From positions 49,655 to 113,654 of the forward strand of contig CAVPJF010000014.1 of assembly GCA_963705185.1 (NCBI GenBank): DNA of 64,000 bases. The letters run 5' to 3'. The notes below the pieces were generated by a model. The model did no database searches. It worked only from the letters and a program-made list of their open reading frames with translations, and was not told the DNA's origin. The position numbers and the translations under genes are program-made. Numbering within the stretch: position 1 is the first letter of the stretch; each line of letters begins with the position of its first letter. This stretch comes from an uncultured Bacteroidales bacterium (GTDB lineage: Bacteria; Bacteroidota; Bacteroidia; Bacteroidales; JAADJA01). This document shows, one piece after another, positions 48,366-57,776 of this stretch.

Positions 48366-48707
48366 TTATTCAACTTTAAGAGATTTTACCCGGAGTTCTT
48401 TGCCCTGGAAAATATCTGAAAATGGATTGCTGCATTTCGGGCAGGGTGTAAAAAGGTCGGCTGTTTCAAATTCATGTCCGCAGGAAGAGCATCTGGCCAG
48501 GGCAGGAATTTCATGAATTATCCATTTTGCTTTTTCGAGCATGGTTCCAATTTTAGCAGATTCGATAGCAAAATCCAAAGCCTCCCTGACTACACCAGCC
48601 TGGGAGCCTATATCAAGCTCAATTTCATTGATCACAGAAGCATTTGCTTTTTTAGCATTTTCTTCTGCAATTTCGATGATGCTCATGACAATTGAAAGCT
48701 CATGCAT
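48366..48707 (-). CDS. hypA: hydrogenase maturation nickel metallochaperone HypA
   Basis: It has the MHELSI N-terminus and the zinc motifs CSSCG and CPKC. The start is taken at the internal Met of ORF 48366..48722. Confidence 0.85.
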   Translation of the reverse strand: MHELSIVMSIIEIAEENAKKANASVINEIELDIGSQAGVVREALDFAIESAKIGTMLEKAKWIIHEIPALARCSSCGHEFETADLFTPCPKCSNPFSDIFQGKELRVKSLKVE

Positions 48708-48711
48708 AGGA

Positions 48712-48761
48712 TTAAATTCCAAACTTATTAAATTCCAAAAACCAAAGGATTAAATTCCAAA
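48712..48761. repeat. three copies of TTAAATTCCAAA in the hypA / 4HB spacer
   Basis: Copies start at 48712, 48728 and 48750. Roughly complementary TTTGGATTTT words lie at 49203-49225 on the other side of the 4HB gene. Confidence 0.7.
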
Positions 48762-48795
48762 CTTTATAAACTCCAAAAGCCAATTAAAAGAGTTT

Positions 48796-49158
48796 TCATT
48801 TTCCAGATTTCTTGTTTACTATTGAGTTGAATATCATTTTCAACTCATTTGCCTCATTAACTTGTGAATCAAATTCTTTTTCCAGTGATGCATCATTCGT
48901 TGCCTTTAGAAGCTTTAGCCAAAAAGCACTTTCTTTTGCTTCCTTACGGCAAATTTTAAACCGAAAAATAGCATCCTTCGTTCCCAGATTTTCATTTGCT
49001 TCGATATAATTTGCGCCAACAGAACCGGATGATTTGATTACTTGCTTTGAGTACTCAATATTTGAAATTGTTTTTGGAAGTTTATTTACCAACCTGGCAA
49101 TTTCCAAAGCAAATAGAAAGGTTCTTTCTCCAAGGTCGTAAGGCTTTTCACTCATCAT
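48796..49158 (-). CDS. four-helix-bundle protein (23S rRNA intervening-sequence protein / Avd-like family)
   Basis: A 120-aa protein with the family signature SSGSVGANYIEANE...ICRKEAKESAFWLKLL. Confidence 0.8.
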   Translation of the reverse strand: MMSEKPYDLGERTFLFALEIARLVNKLPKTISNIEYSKQVIKSSGSVGANYIEANENLGTKDAIFRFKICRKEAKESAFWLKLLKATNDASLEKEFDSQVNEANELKMIFNSIVNKKSGK

Positions 49159-49223
49159 TTAAATTTTTACATTCTTCATTTTTGGTACTCCACAATTGGT
49201 ATTTGGATTTTTGATTTTGGATT

Positions 49224-50238
49224 TTAACATATTCTCGGCAATTGCTCCCCCGCCAGCATATCAATGATCCTTCTTCCGCCAATACCAGTCGTCAGCCAGG
49301 CTCTTCCATGATGATCATCAACAACTTCCCCGATAATTGCAGCATCTTTCCCTAATTCATTTTTCCTTAAAACTTTCAGAACCTGATCTGCATCCTCTTT
49401 TCCAACCACCATCACTACCTTGCCTTCATTTGCAACATAAAGCGGATCGAACCCAAGCAGCTCGCACATTCCCCTCACATTCTCGTTTACCGGTAAAGCA
49501 GCTTCATCTATTTCAATTCCAAATCGTTTGTTTTCTGAAAGCTCACACAGGACAGTTGCCAGTCCGCCACGTGTAGCATCGCGCATAAACCTCATTTGAT
49601 CAGTTACAGCAAGTGCCTGCTTTATCAGATGGTTCAGACAGGCACAATCCGACTGAATATTGGTTTTAAAACTGAGTTCCTCCCTTGCTGCCATTACAGC
49701 CATTCCATGATCAGCGATGGTTCCGTTGATGATGATTTTATCACCCGGCTTAATTTCCGAACCAGTTCCAATTGATAGATGCCTGGGTTCAATTTCTCCA
49801 ACACCTGTTGTATTGATGAACACCTTGTCGCATTTCCCGCGGTTGACAACTTTCGTATCACCTGTGACGATCATTACTCCAGCTTTTCTTGCTTCTTCTG
49901 CCATTGACTTCACAATTATTTCAAGGTCAGCAAAAGGCAAACCTTCTTCAATAATAAATGATGCGCTCAAATACAATGGTTTTGCTCCCGAAACGGCCAG
50001 ATCATTCACGGTTCCGGCCACAGCCAGTTTGCCAATATCACCCCCGGGAAAAAATATCGGATCAACGACAAAGGAATCGGTCGTAAAAGCAATCTGTCCG
50101 GTGGCAATATTTACGACAGCAGCATCGGTTTGCTGCTGTCAAGACATTATTTGAAAAATATTTTACAAACAAGTCTTTGATCAAATCGTGCGACAATTTG
50201 CCTCCGCTGCCATGACCAAGAAGTATTGTTTTACCCAT
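49224..50238 (-). pseudogene. hypE: hydrogenase expression/formation protein HypE, one frameshift near 50130
   Basis: The N-terminus MGKTILLGHGSGGKLSHDLI lies in ORF 50062..50259. The body and the C-terminal ...GEQLPRIC lie in ORF 49224..50021. Confidence 0.9.
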
Positions 50239-50240
50239 AA

Positions 50241-50280
50241 TTTTAGTCAATTTAGTCAATCCAAATTTTAGTCAATTTCC
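50241..50280. repeat. TTAGTCAAT word repeat, copy 1 (direct orientation)
   Basis: The sequence is ttttagtcaatttagtcaatccaaattttagtcaatttcc. The 21-mer tttagtcaatttagtcaatcc sits at 50242-50262. The repeat lies 2 nt upstream of the hypE start and 5 nt downstream of the hypD stop. Confidence 0.85.
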
Positions 50281-50285
50281 TATCC

Positions 50286-51369
50286 TTAATCCCTGTTGTA
50301 CCTGTAATAAGCATGACACGAACCTTCGTGCGAAACCATGCATGCACCCACCGGGTTTTCGGGTGTACAAGCTTTCGCAAAAAGCTTACAATCTTTCGGA
50401 TTTTTAATGCCTTTTAAAATCTCCCCGCAAATACAGCCTTTATCTTCCCTTGTTGGCTCTACCTCAACCGGAATCTGAACTTCAGCATCAAATTCAGCAT
50501 ATTTCTCTCTTATTTTTAAGCCGCTTTTCGGAAGAACACCCAAACCGCGCCACCAGTCATCACGAAGCTCGAAAACCTCTTCCAGCATTTGCTGTGCCTT
50601 GATATTCCCTTCAGGTTTAACAACACGTGTATAGGCAATTTCAACCTTCGGCTCATTTTTCTCAATCTGGTTGACCAGCATCAGGATGGCTTTAAGCAAA
50701 TCCACCGGTTCGAAACCACTTATAACGACTCCCAGTTTATATTTCTCAGGTATGTTTTTGTAAATGGAAATTCCGGTAATCGTACTCACATGACCCGGAG
50801 CAATGTAGCCATCCAGTTTTACGCCTTCATCAATCAAAGCTTCCATTGCCGGCGGCATAACCTTATGCGAACTGAACACAAAAAAATTCCTGAGTTCCTG
50901 CCTTCTGTGCATTGATGATGCCTGCAGCCGATCCAGGAGCTGTGGTTTCAAATCCGATACCCAGAAAAACTACCTTTTTATCTTTATTAGCATCTGCAAT
51001 CTTAAGTGCATCCAAAACCGAATAAACGATCCTGACATCAGCGCCATTGGCTTTTTCCTGGTCAAGTGTTGAAGTTGAACCCGGAACCCGGATCAAATCG
51101 CCATAAGTAGTGATGATCACATCCTCCAATCTTGCATAAGCAATCGCCTGGTCAATATACTTCCGGTCGGAAACACAGACAGGGCATCCCGGACCGGAGA
51201 TCAGTTTTATTGTTGGAGGAAGTAACGATGGTATCCCAAACTTCTGGATCGACATCGTATGCCCGCCACAAACTTCCATCAGGGAGATGGGTTTGGTGGA
51301 GGCTTTTTTGATCTGGTCAACCAATTTTTGAACAAGACCTTTGTCTCTATATTCATCAATATATTTCAT
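50286..51369 (-). pseudogene. hypD: hydrogenase formation protein HypD, one frameshift near 50900
   Basis: ORF 50863..51369 contains MKYIDEYRD...MEVCGGHT...GPGCPVCV. ORF 50286..50951 carries the C-terminal part with CxxHxH-type Cys/His residues. Confidence 0.9.
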
Positions 51370-51370
51370 G

Positions 51371-51411
51371 TTGATTGACTAGAATGTGGATTGACTAAAT
51401 TGACTAAAATG
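51371..51411. repeat. TTAGTCAAT word repeat, copy 2 (inverted orientation)
   Basis: ggattgactaaattgactaaa (51388-51408) is the exact reverse complement of the 21-mer at 50242-50262 and 51884-51904. Confidence 0.85.
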
Positions 51412-51424
51412 AGAAAAATAAACA

Positions 51425-51829
51425 TTATGTGCTGTTTTCATAAGATGTTTTACTGATTGAAGTAAATAATGCTAGAAATTCTTTTGCTTCCTTAAATTCC
51501 TCACTAATTTCTTGCGGTTTCAGCCATTCCATCAGTATTACAATTGTTAGCCAATATACAGTTTCACTTGATTCACTTTCGCAAATCTTAATCTTATTTC
51601 TGAAATCAGCCCGGCTTCTGGCTCTGTTTGCTTCCCTGTAGTTTGCACCAATTGATGTTCCTGCTTTGGCCAATTGGTTCCGCACAATTTTACCTTCAGG
51701 TGTATTTGGGAGTTTGGCTGAAAGTTTTATGATTTTTACAGCAAAATGAGTAGTTCTTTCTTCCAGTTTCCGGGCAAACTCCTTTGGATCAATCTTGTAT
51801 CTTTCATTATATTCTTCCACCAAATTCAT
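51425..51829 (-). CDS. four-helix-bundle protein (23S rRNA intervening-sequence protein / Avd-like family)
   Basis: A 134-aa protein with the signature AGTSIGANYREANRARSRADFRNKIKICESESSETVYWL. Confidence 0.8.
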   Translation of the reverse strand: MNLVEEYNERYKIDPKEFARKLEERTTHFAVKIIKLSAKLPNTPEGKIVRNQLAKAGTSIGANYREANRARSRADFRNKIKICESESSETVYWLTIVILMEWLKPQEISEEFKEAKEFLALFTSISKTSYENST

Positions 51830-51862
51830 TTCAATCTGTTTAAATCAATAATTTATTCAATT

Positions 51863-51904
51863 AAAATTTTAGTCAATCCAAACTTTAGTCAATTTAGTCA
51901 ATCC
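51863..51904. repeat. TTAGTCAAT word repeat, copy 3 (direct orientation)
   Basis: The sequence is aaaattttagtcaatccaaactttagtcaatttagtcaatcc. It abuts the hypC stop codon. Confidence 0.85.
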
Positions 51905-52168
51905 TCACACAATCCTCTCCCCCGTTTTCCTCTCCTCCTCATCCAGTTTTATATTCAGCTCCTCAAATTCCTCAAAAACCTTCAACGATTCCAAAGCTTC
52001 CTCTTCACTCATCTTCTGAATTGCAAAACCGGTATGCATCAAAATATAATCACCAATTTTTACATCATCCAGCATTTGCAGACTCGCGTTGTATTTGGTC
52101 CCCCCGACGGATACCAGCGCCATTTCTCCGTCAATTTGCTCAACTTTTGCAGGTATGCTTAAACACAT
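51905..52168 (-). CDS. hypC: hydrogenase assembly chaperone HypC/HupF family
   Basis: It has the N-terminal MCLSIPAKV with the conserved Cys2. Confidence 0.85.
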   Translation of the reverse strand: MCLSIPAKVEQIDGEMALVSVGGTKYNASLQMLDDVKIGDYILMHTGFAIQKMSEEEALESLKVFEEFEELNIKLDEEERKTGERIV

Positions 52169-52188
52169 TTCGATTTACGATTTTAGAT

Positions 52189-54477
52189 TTAAGAATTACG
52201 ATTTATTAGACCCAACTCCCTTCGCTTCGCCGCCACGGCCAACTGCCCCAGCGCAATTCCCCCGTCATTCGATGGAATTTTACACTGCGAAAATACTTCA
52301 AACTTTTCCCTTGCCAGAATTAATTCCAGCCGGCTAAGAATATATTTATTCTGAAAGGTTCCTCCGGACAAGGCTACCTTGTTCAGTCCTGTCTCTTTCC
52401 TGATCTGGCTGACCACCGCAAAAATCACATTGATTATCGTGTTGTGAAATTTTGCTGATATCTCTGACACATTTACTCCATCCTTTAAATCCTGAACAAT
52501 TTCCTGTATTGTTGGTTCAAAAGAAATCACTTCGCCAAAATCGAAAGGATATGCAATTTCAATTGTTCCCGAAGCGAAATTTTCAAGCCTCATGGGTGCT
52601 TCAGCATGAAATTTTGAAACAGGACAAACATTTGTTATTGCTGCCACTGCATCAAACAACCTTCCGGCGCTGGAGCTCAGCGGACAATTGATATTTTTAT
52701 CTATTGCCTGAACGATCAAATCAGCTTTGATTTTATCCAGGTTTTGGATAAACGGAATTTCAAGTTTCAGGAATTCCTTTCCATAAATTTTATACAAGTA
52801 CGAAACAGCTGTCCGCCAGGGTTCTTTGGTTACCGAATCACCACCCGGAAGCGGGATATATTCAAAATGGAATTTCCGTTCATAGCCCGCCAGGTCACAT
52901 ACAAAGAATTCCCCGCCCCAGATATTGCCGTCATCACCGTAACCCGTTCCATCCATGCTCACACCAATAACCTTTTCGTCAAGGTTATGCTCCGCCATGC
53001 ACGATGCAATATGTGCATGATGATGCTGGACTTCTACGATCGGGATTTTCAAATCCTTTGCAAACCTTGTGGATAAATAATCAGGGTGCAAATCACAGGC
53101 AACCAATTCTGGCCGGACCCGAAATAGCTTTTTAAACCGTTCAAACGACTCCGTATAAAATTCCAAAGTCTCCAGGTTTTTCAAATCACCGATGTGCTGG
53201 CTCAGGATAGCCTGATTTCCTTTTCCGATGCAAAAACAATTCACCAGTTCAGCCCCGGCAGCAAAAATCCCGTCAACATTCAGATTCAGGTTTACCGGTT
53301 CAGGGGAATATCCTCTTGAGCGACGGATCAACCGTTCTTTTTCATTTACACTGATAACCACCGAATCATCGGTACGATTATAAATCTCACGGTTATAAAC
53401 AATAACTGCATCAGCAATCCTGGTGAGTTTTTTTACAGCTTCATTGTTTTCAATAACAATCGGTTCGTCAGACAAATTACCGCTCGTAAGCACAATCGCC
53501 GGCATCTTCAGCTTTTCAAAAAGCAAATAATGAAAAGGCATGTATGGCAGCATGGCGCCGATGGTTCTGAACCCGACACTCACTCCAGAAGCCAGCTTTT
53601 TCTTTTCCTGTCGCAATCACAATCGGTCTCCGCCAGCTCTGAACCGACTTCTTCTCTTCAGGGTACAGATGAACATAACTCCTGCAAGGTTTCGACATTC
53701 CTGAACATCACCGCAAACGGCTTTCCTTCCCTCACTTTTCGTTCGCGCAGACGGTTCACCGCCTCTTCATTTTGTGCATCGCAGGCAATCTGGAAGCCAC
53801 CAATCCCCTTGATGGCAATAATTTTCCCGGCTTCAAGCAGCGAACAGGTTTCAGATAATATTTCAGGGAATGATTTCACCGATCTGTCTCCAATGATCAG
53901 CTCATATTCCGGTCCGCAAACCGAACAGGCAACCGGTTGCGCATGAAACCGCCGGTCCAGCACATCTTCATATTCTTTCCTGCAGGTATCGCACATTTTA
54001 AAAGGCTCCATCGTGGTCAGGTGCCGGTCGTAAGGCAAATCCTTAATGATCGAAAAGCGCGGGCCGCAATTCGTGCAATTGATAAATGGATAATCAATCC
54101 GGTGCGGTTGTAACTTTAAATCTTCAAGGCAGTCATTACAAACAGCTATATCAGGACTGATATCGGTAACCTGGTCCGAGGTGTTTTCACTTTTTACAAT
54201 CCTGAAATCAGAAAAGTCTTCTTTCGGAACTAGCTCTAAGAAAATTTCTGTTAATGGCAGAAGCTGGAGGAGCTTGTTCCCGGATGACTCTGATGAATGT
54301 TTCAACTGACTCGGGATTTCCCTCAATATGAATAATTACTCCGTCATTACGATTCTCTACCCATCCATTCAAATAATACTGATGGGCAAGACGATAAATA
54401 TATGGCCTGAATCCAACACCCTGGACCCTTCCATGTATGTGTATACGATTTGCAATATATTCCTTCCGTCCAACCAA
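52189..54477 (-). pseudogene. hypF: carbamoyltransferase HypF, about two frameshifts
   Basis: ORF 54208..54477 is the acylphosphatase domain (GRVQGVGFRPY). ORF 53658..54326 holds two CxxC-x18-CxxC zinc fingers and a YrdC-like domain. ORF 52189..53616 is the Kae1-like domain. Confidence 0.9.
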
Positions 54478-54715
54478 ATTTTATCAACTTGTTTTTCAGG
54501 TTTGTATTACCTGAATTGTTGCAAAAATATGTTTTGTTAATCAAATCCATATTTCTAATTTTTGCCCTGGCAACATATCTTCAGATATTTATTTTTTACC
54601 ATTTAATTGAACCGAAAGATATTTTCTTTACTTTTATTCGCTCAAAGTTGCTTAATGAATAGTTGATTTTTTTAAATATCTTTACTTTTTATTAACAAAT
54701 TAAAGGGAAGTTCCT

Positions 54716-55123
54716 ATGACAAAAACAGTTTCGCTGAGAGTAAAATGTCCCCATTGCGGAAATTCTTTTATGGATTCGGAAATAATGCTGCACGAAGCTC
54801 CCAGCATCAAGTTAAACATCGAAACCCCCTCTGATAGAGGAACGATAAGACTTTGTTCGATTTATGGATGCTATGATCATCTATGTGATTTTGATTTAAA
54901 AAAAGGTGAAATTGCGCGGGTATTCTGCCCAGCCTGTAACAAGGAATTAAAAAGCAATGACGAATGCGATGTAGCAAACTGCAACGCTCCCATGATTCCA
55001 TTCATACTCGAACTGGGTGGGAAGGTATTTATCTGTTCAAGGTACGGTTGCACCAATCACTTCGTTGCATTCGAGGACCTGGAAACCCAGCTTAGGAGGT
55101 TTTATCATGAATACGGGGAGTAA
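54716..55123 (+). CDS. Cys-rich protein with two tandem CPxC...CSxYGCxxH modules (putative double zinc ribbon)
   Basis: A 135-aa protein divergent from hypF. Module 1 is C11/C14...C47/C52/H55 and module 2 is C71/C74...C107/C112/H115. Confidence 0.5.
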   Translation: MTKTVSLRVKCPHCGNSFMDSEIMLHEAPSIKLNIETPSDRGTIRLCSIYGCYDHLCDFDLKKGEIARVFCPACNKELKSNDECDVANCNAPMIPFILELGGKVFICSRYGCTNHFVAFEDLETQLRRFYHEYGE

Positions 55124-55231
55124 TCGGGCTTGGGTTGCTATAAAGTTAATTTAAATTGGCAACTGAATTTTTCCAAAAAAAATAATTTCCGTTGAATTTA
55201 GTAATCTTTATTTTCTAAGGAAAACCTGAAA

Positions 55232-56329
55232 TTATTTACCCAGCCCAAAGAATTCAAGAAATTTATTGAAAAAGGCTGTATTTTCATAAACCCCGGCAAA
55301 TTTTTCTTCACCTGGTCCGTAAGCAAAAACAGGCACCATGGTTCCGGTATGCAGCCAGGTTAAAAATTGACCCTGAACTGTTTGATTAGATAAATTACCA
55401 TCGGTTAGCGAATAACCTCCGGTTTCATGGTCACCCGTAATAACGACAAGTGTGTTTCCATCAGCTTCTGCAAAATCCAATGCCCTTCCGACAGCCCTGT
55501 CAAAATCGAGCATTTCGGCCATCAGATAATCCTGGTCATTTTCTTCACCTGCCCAGTCGATCTGAGCGCCTTCAACCATTAAAAAAAATCCCTTTTTATT
55601 TTGGGAAAGACGGCTCACAGCAACGGTAACAGCATCAGGCAAAACATTTCCCCTTCCGTGGAGGTAAGATAAGGGGGCCCCTTCAGAAATCAATACAGCC
55701 GTTTTTTGATTTCCCGAAACAAAAGCAAGATTATCTTTAACCTGATAATCTCTTGCAACCAGAGAATCCAATAAATTTAATCCATCTGATCGTTGGCTAA
55801 AGTATTTCCAGCCGCCACCCAGAAAAAAATCCACACCCTTACTGACAAGTTCCAATGCTATTGCCTCATACTGATAACGGTCGGCCTGGTGGGCAAAAAA
55901 AGCTGCAGGCGTAGCATGCGTAATCTCTGAAGTAGTGATCAAACCAGTAGAAAGTTGATTCATTTCAGCAATTTCTACAATGTTGGTTAAAGGATTTCCT
56001 GCAGTATCAACACCAACAGAATAATAGTTGGTTTTTTTACCACATGCCATAGCAGTTGCTGCAGCTCCTGAATCGGTGACATATTTATCGGCAGCATGGG
56101 TGGATTGTATTCCAATGGAACGACAGCGAAGGATATTCAAGTTACCTCCGTTTACAGTTCGGGCACCGGTTATCTGGCTAAGGCCCATTCCATCCCCTAT
56201 CATCAATATAATATTTCTGCCTGTTGTTTGAGCAGTAGAATTAACCGGCTCCAGGTTTACTTTATCTTCATCCCCTGAACAGGAAAATAAAATTAAAACG
56301 ATGGGTATCAACCAAAGTAATTTATTCAT
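55232..56329 (-). CDS. alkaline phosphatase (PhoA family)
   Basis: It has a lipoprotein-like signal (LILFSC), MIGDGMG, and VTDSGAAATA containing the catalytic Ser. Confidence 0.85.
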   Translation of the reverse strand: MNKLLWLIPIVLILFSCSGDEDKVNLEPVNSTAQTTGRNIILMIGDGMGLSQITGARTVNGGNLNILRCRSIGIQSTHAADKYVTDSGAAATAMACGKKTNYYSVGVDTAGNPLTNIVEIAEMNQLSTGLITTSEITHATPAAFFAHQADRYQYEAIALELVSKGVDFFLGGGWKYFSQRSDGLNLLDSLVARDYQVKDNLAFVSGNQKTAVLISEGAPLSYLHGRGNVLPDAVTVAVSRLSQNKKGFFLMVEGAQIDWAGEENDQDYLMAEMLDFDRAVGRALDFAEADGNTLVVITGDHETGGYSLTDGNLSNQTVQGQFLTWLHTGTMVPVFAYGPGEEKFAGVYENTAFFNKFLEFFGLGK

Positions 56330-57769
56330 TCACACTGGAATTTTTAATGTTACTATTTTTCTATAAAACAAAACTAAAAACAAAAGAAACAACAACGAAG
56401 CCTCCACAATTGTTTGCCACATATTCAGATTAAAATAATTCCTTAGAACCCTATCGGCTCCCACCTGAATTAACAAAATCAATATTAAACTTATGGAAGT
56501 TTTTACCTGTTCGCGGTTTTTAAAGAAACTTAAAGAATCCTGCGCATAAAAATAGATCAGTAAAAATAAATAAGCTACAAGAGTAGTAAAGGCAGCCCAT
56601 TGATAACCATAAAGAGGAATGAAAATAAAATTTAAACTGATGTTCAGAACGCTGGCGATGATCACGCCAATGGCAATATTTTTAAGTTTATCAGCAAATT
56701 TAAACTTGACTTCAATAAACAGGAACAATCCATAAAGATACGCACTGATAAAAATAAATGGCATGATGGTGTATCCGCTCCTGAAATCTTCACCCAGAAG
56801 AATTACCGAAATTTCTTTTGAAAACAGACTTAACCATGTGATTAATGGAAGTCCCAACATCAGGAAAGCATACAGATATTGTGACAAAAGTATATCGGCA
56901 TTTGGAAAATTTATTTCCAGTTCTCTGTTCAGTTTCGGATTTATGGTGTTGAAATAAACAGTTACCAGTGCCACTACACTCAACTGGCAAATGCTGTAAA
57001 CCTGATTATAAATTCCAACGGAAGCCACATCGGCGAACATAGCAATAATATATCGGTCGCTTGAACTCACCAGCAGAAAACAGAAATTTGAAATTAAACC
57101 GACACTTCCGAAACGGAACAAAATGTGAAGGGTTGGTTTTGAAATTTTTTTAATGGACAGGACTATCCCTTCTTTATTCGTTAATAACAGGAAAATTAAG
57201 GCAAGAATATCTATTGCAATTGTACTGGTAAGTAACGAAGAAATCCTGAAGTGAAAGCTGAAAGCCATAATATAAAGCACCATAAAACTAACAACTGCTC
57301 TTAAGGAATGAATGATGTTATATTTCAGCGCTTTCCCCTCAAGCCGAGTCACAATCAGGTACAAACCGATCATTTCACGGATCAGGTACTGTATAAATGA
57401 TAACAGGATCAATTGCTTTACAACAGGATTCTCAGCCAGAAGAAACCAAACCACACTTAACACTAACAGCAATAAACTTGCTCCTGAAAAAACGAAAAAC
57501 AAGTTAGAATAAAGACTCTTCAAATCTTTCTTTTCTTTGTAGGCATTGTAATACCTCCACAAACATCCTGAAAGCCAGGAATACAGAAAAACTGAAATAT
57601 AGGAGAAGGTAATGGTGATTAATCCAAGGTAACCGTATTCCTCTGGTGTGAAATACCGGGTAAAAATAGGAGTCTTGATAAATCCGACACCCATAGGGAT
57701 GATGGTTCCAAGCAAATACCAGCTTAAATCTTTTATAAACCCGGAATTATTTAGCCTTGAATTTATCAT
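56330..57769 (-). CDS. oligosaccharide/polysaccharide flippase (Wzx-like, MOP superfamily)
   Basis: A 479-aa protein with about 12-14 hydrophobic helices, immediately downstream of a glycosyltransferase. Confidence 0.7.
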   Translation of the reverse strand: MINSRLNNSGFIKDLSWYLLGTIIPMGVGFIKTPIFTRYFTPEEYGYLGLITITFSYISVFLYSWLSGCLWRYYNAYKEKKDLKSLYSNLFFVFSGASLLLLVLSVVWFLLAENPVVKQLILLSFIQYLIREMIGLYLIVTRLEGKALKYNIIHSLRAVVSFMVLYIMAFSFHFRISSLLTSTIAIDILALIFLLLTNKEGIVLSIKKISKPTLHILFRFGSVGLISNFCFLLVSSSDRYIIAMFADVASVGIYNQVYSICQLSVVALVTVYFNTINPKLNRELEINFPNADILLSQYLYAFLMLGLPLITWLSLFSKEISVILLGEDFRSGYTIMPFIFISAYLYGLFLFIEVKFKFADKLKNIAIGVIIASVLNISLNFIFIPLYGYQWAAFTTLVAYLFLLIYFYAQDSLSFFKNREQVKTSISLILILLIQVGADRVLRNYFNLNMWQTIVEASLLFLLFLVLFYRKIVTLKIPV

Positions 57770-57776
57770 CCTTTAA

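Noticed and set aside
48796-51829. Diversity-generating retroelement, because Avd-family genes are present
   Set aside because: The window contains no reverse transcriptase ORF, no template/variable repeat pair and no C-type-lectin-fold target gene.
48712-51904. Possible CRISPR array, given the many short repeats around the hyp genes
   Set aside because: The repeat units are 9-12 nt, directly abutting or separated by a few nt or by whole genes. There are no 25-40-nt unique spacers and no cas genes in the window.
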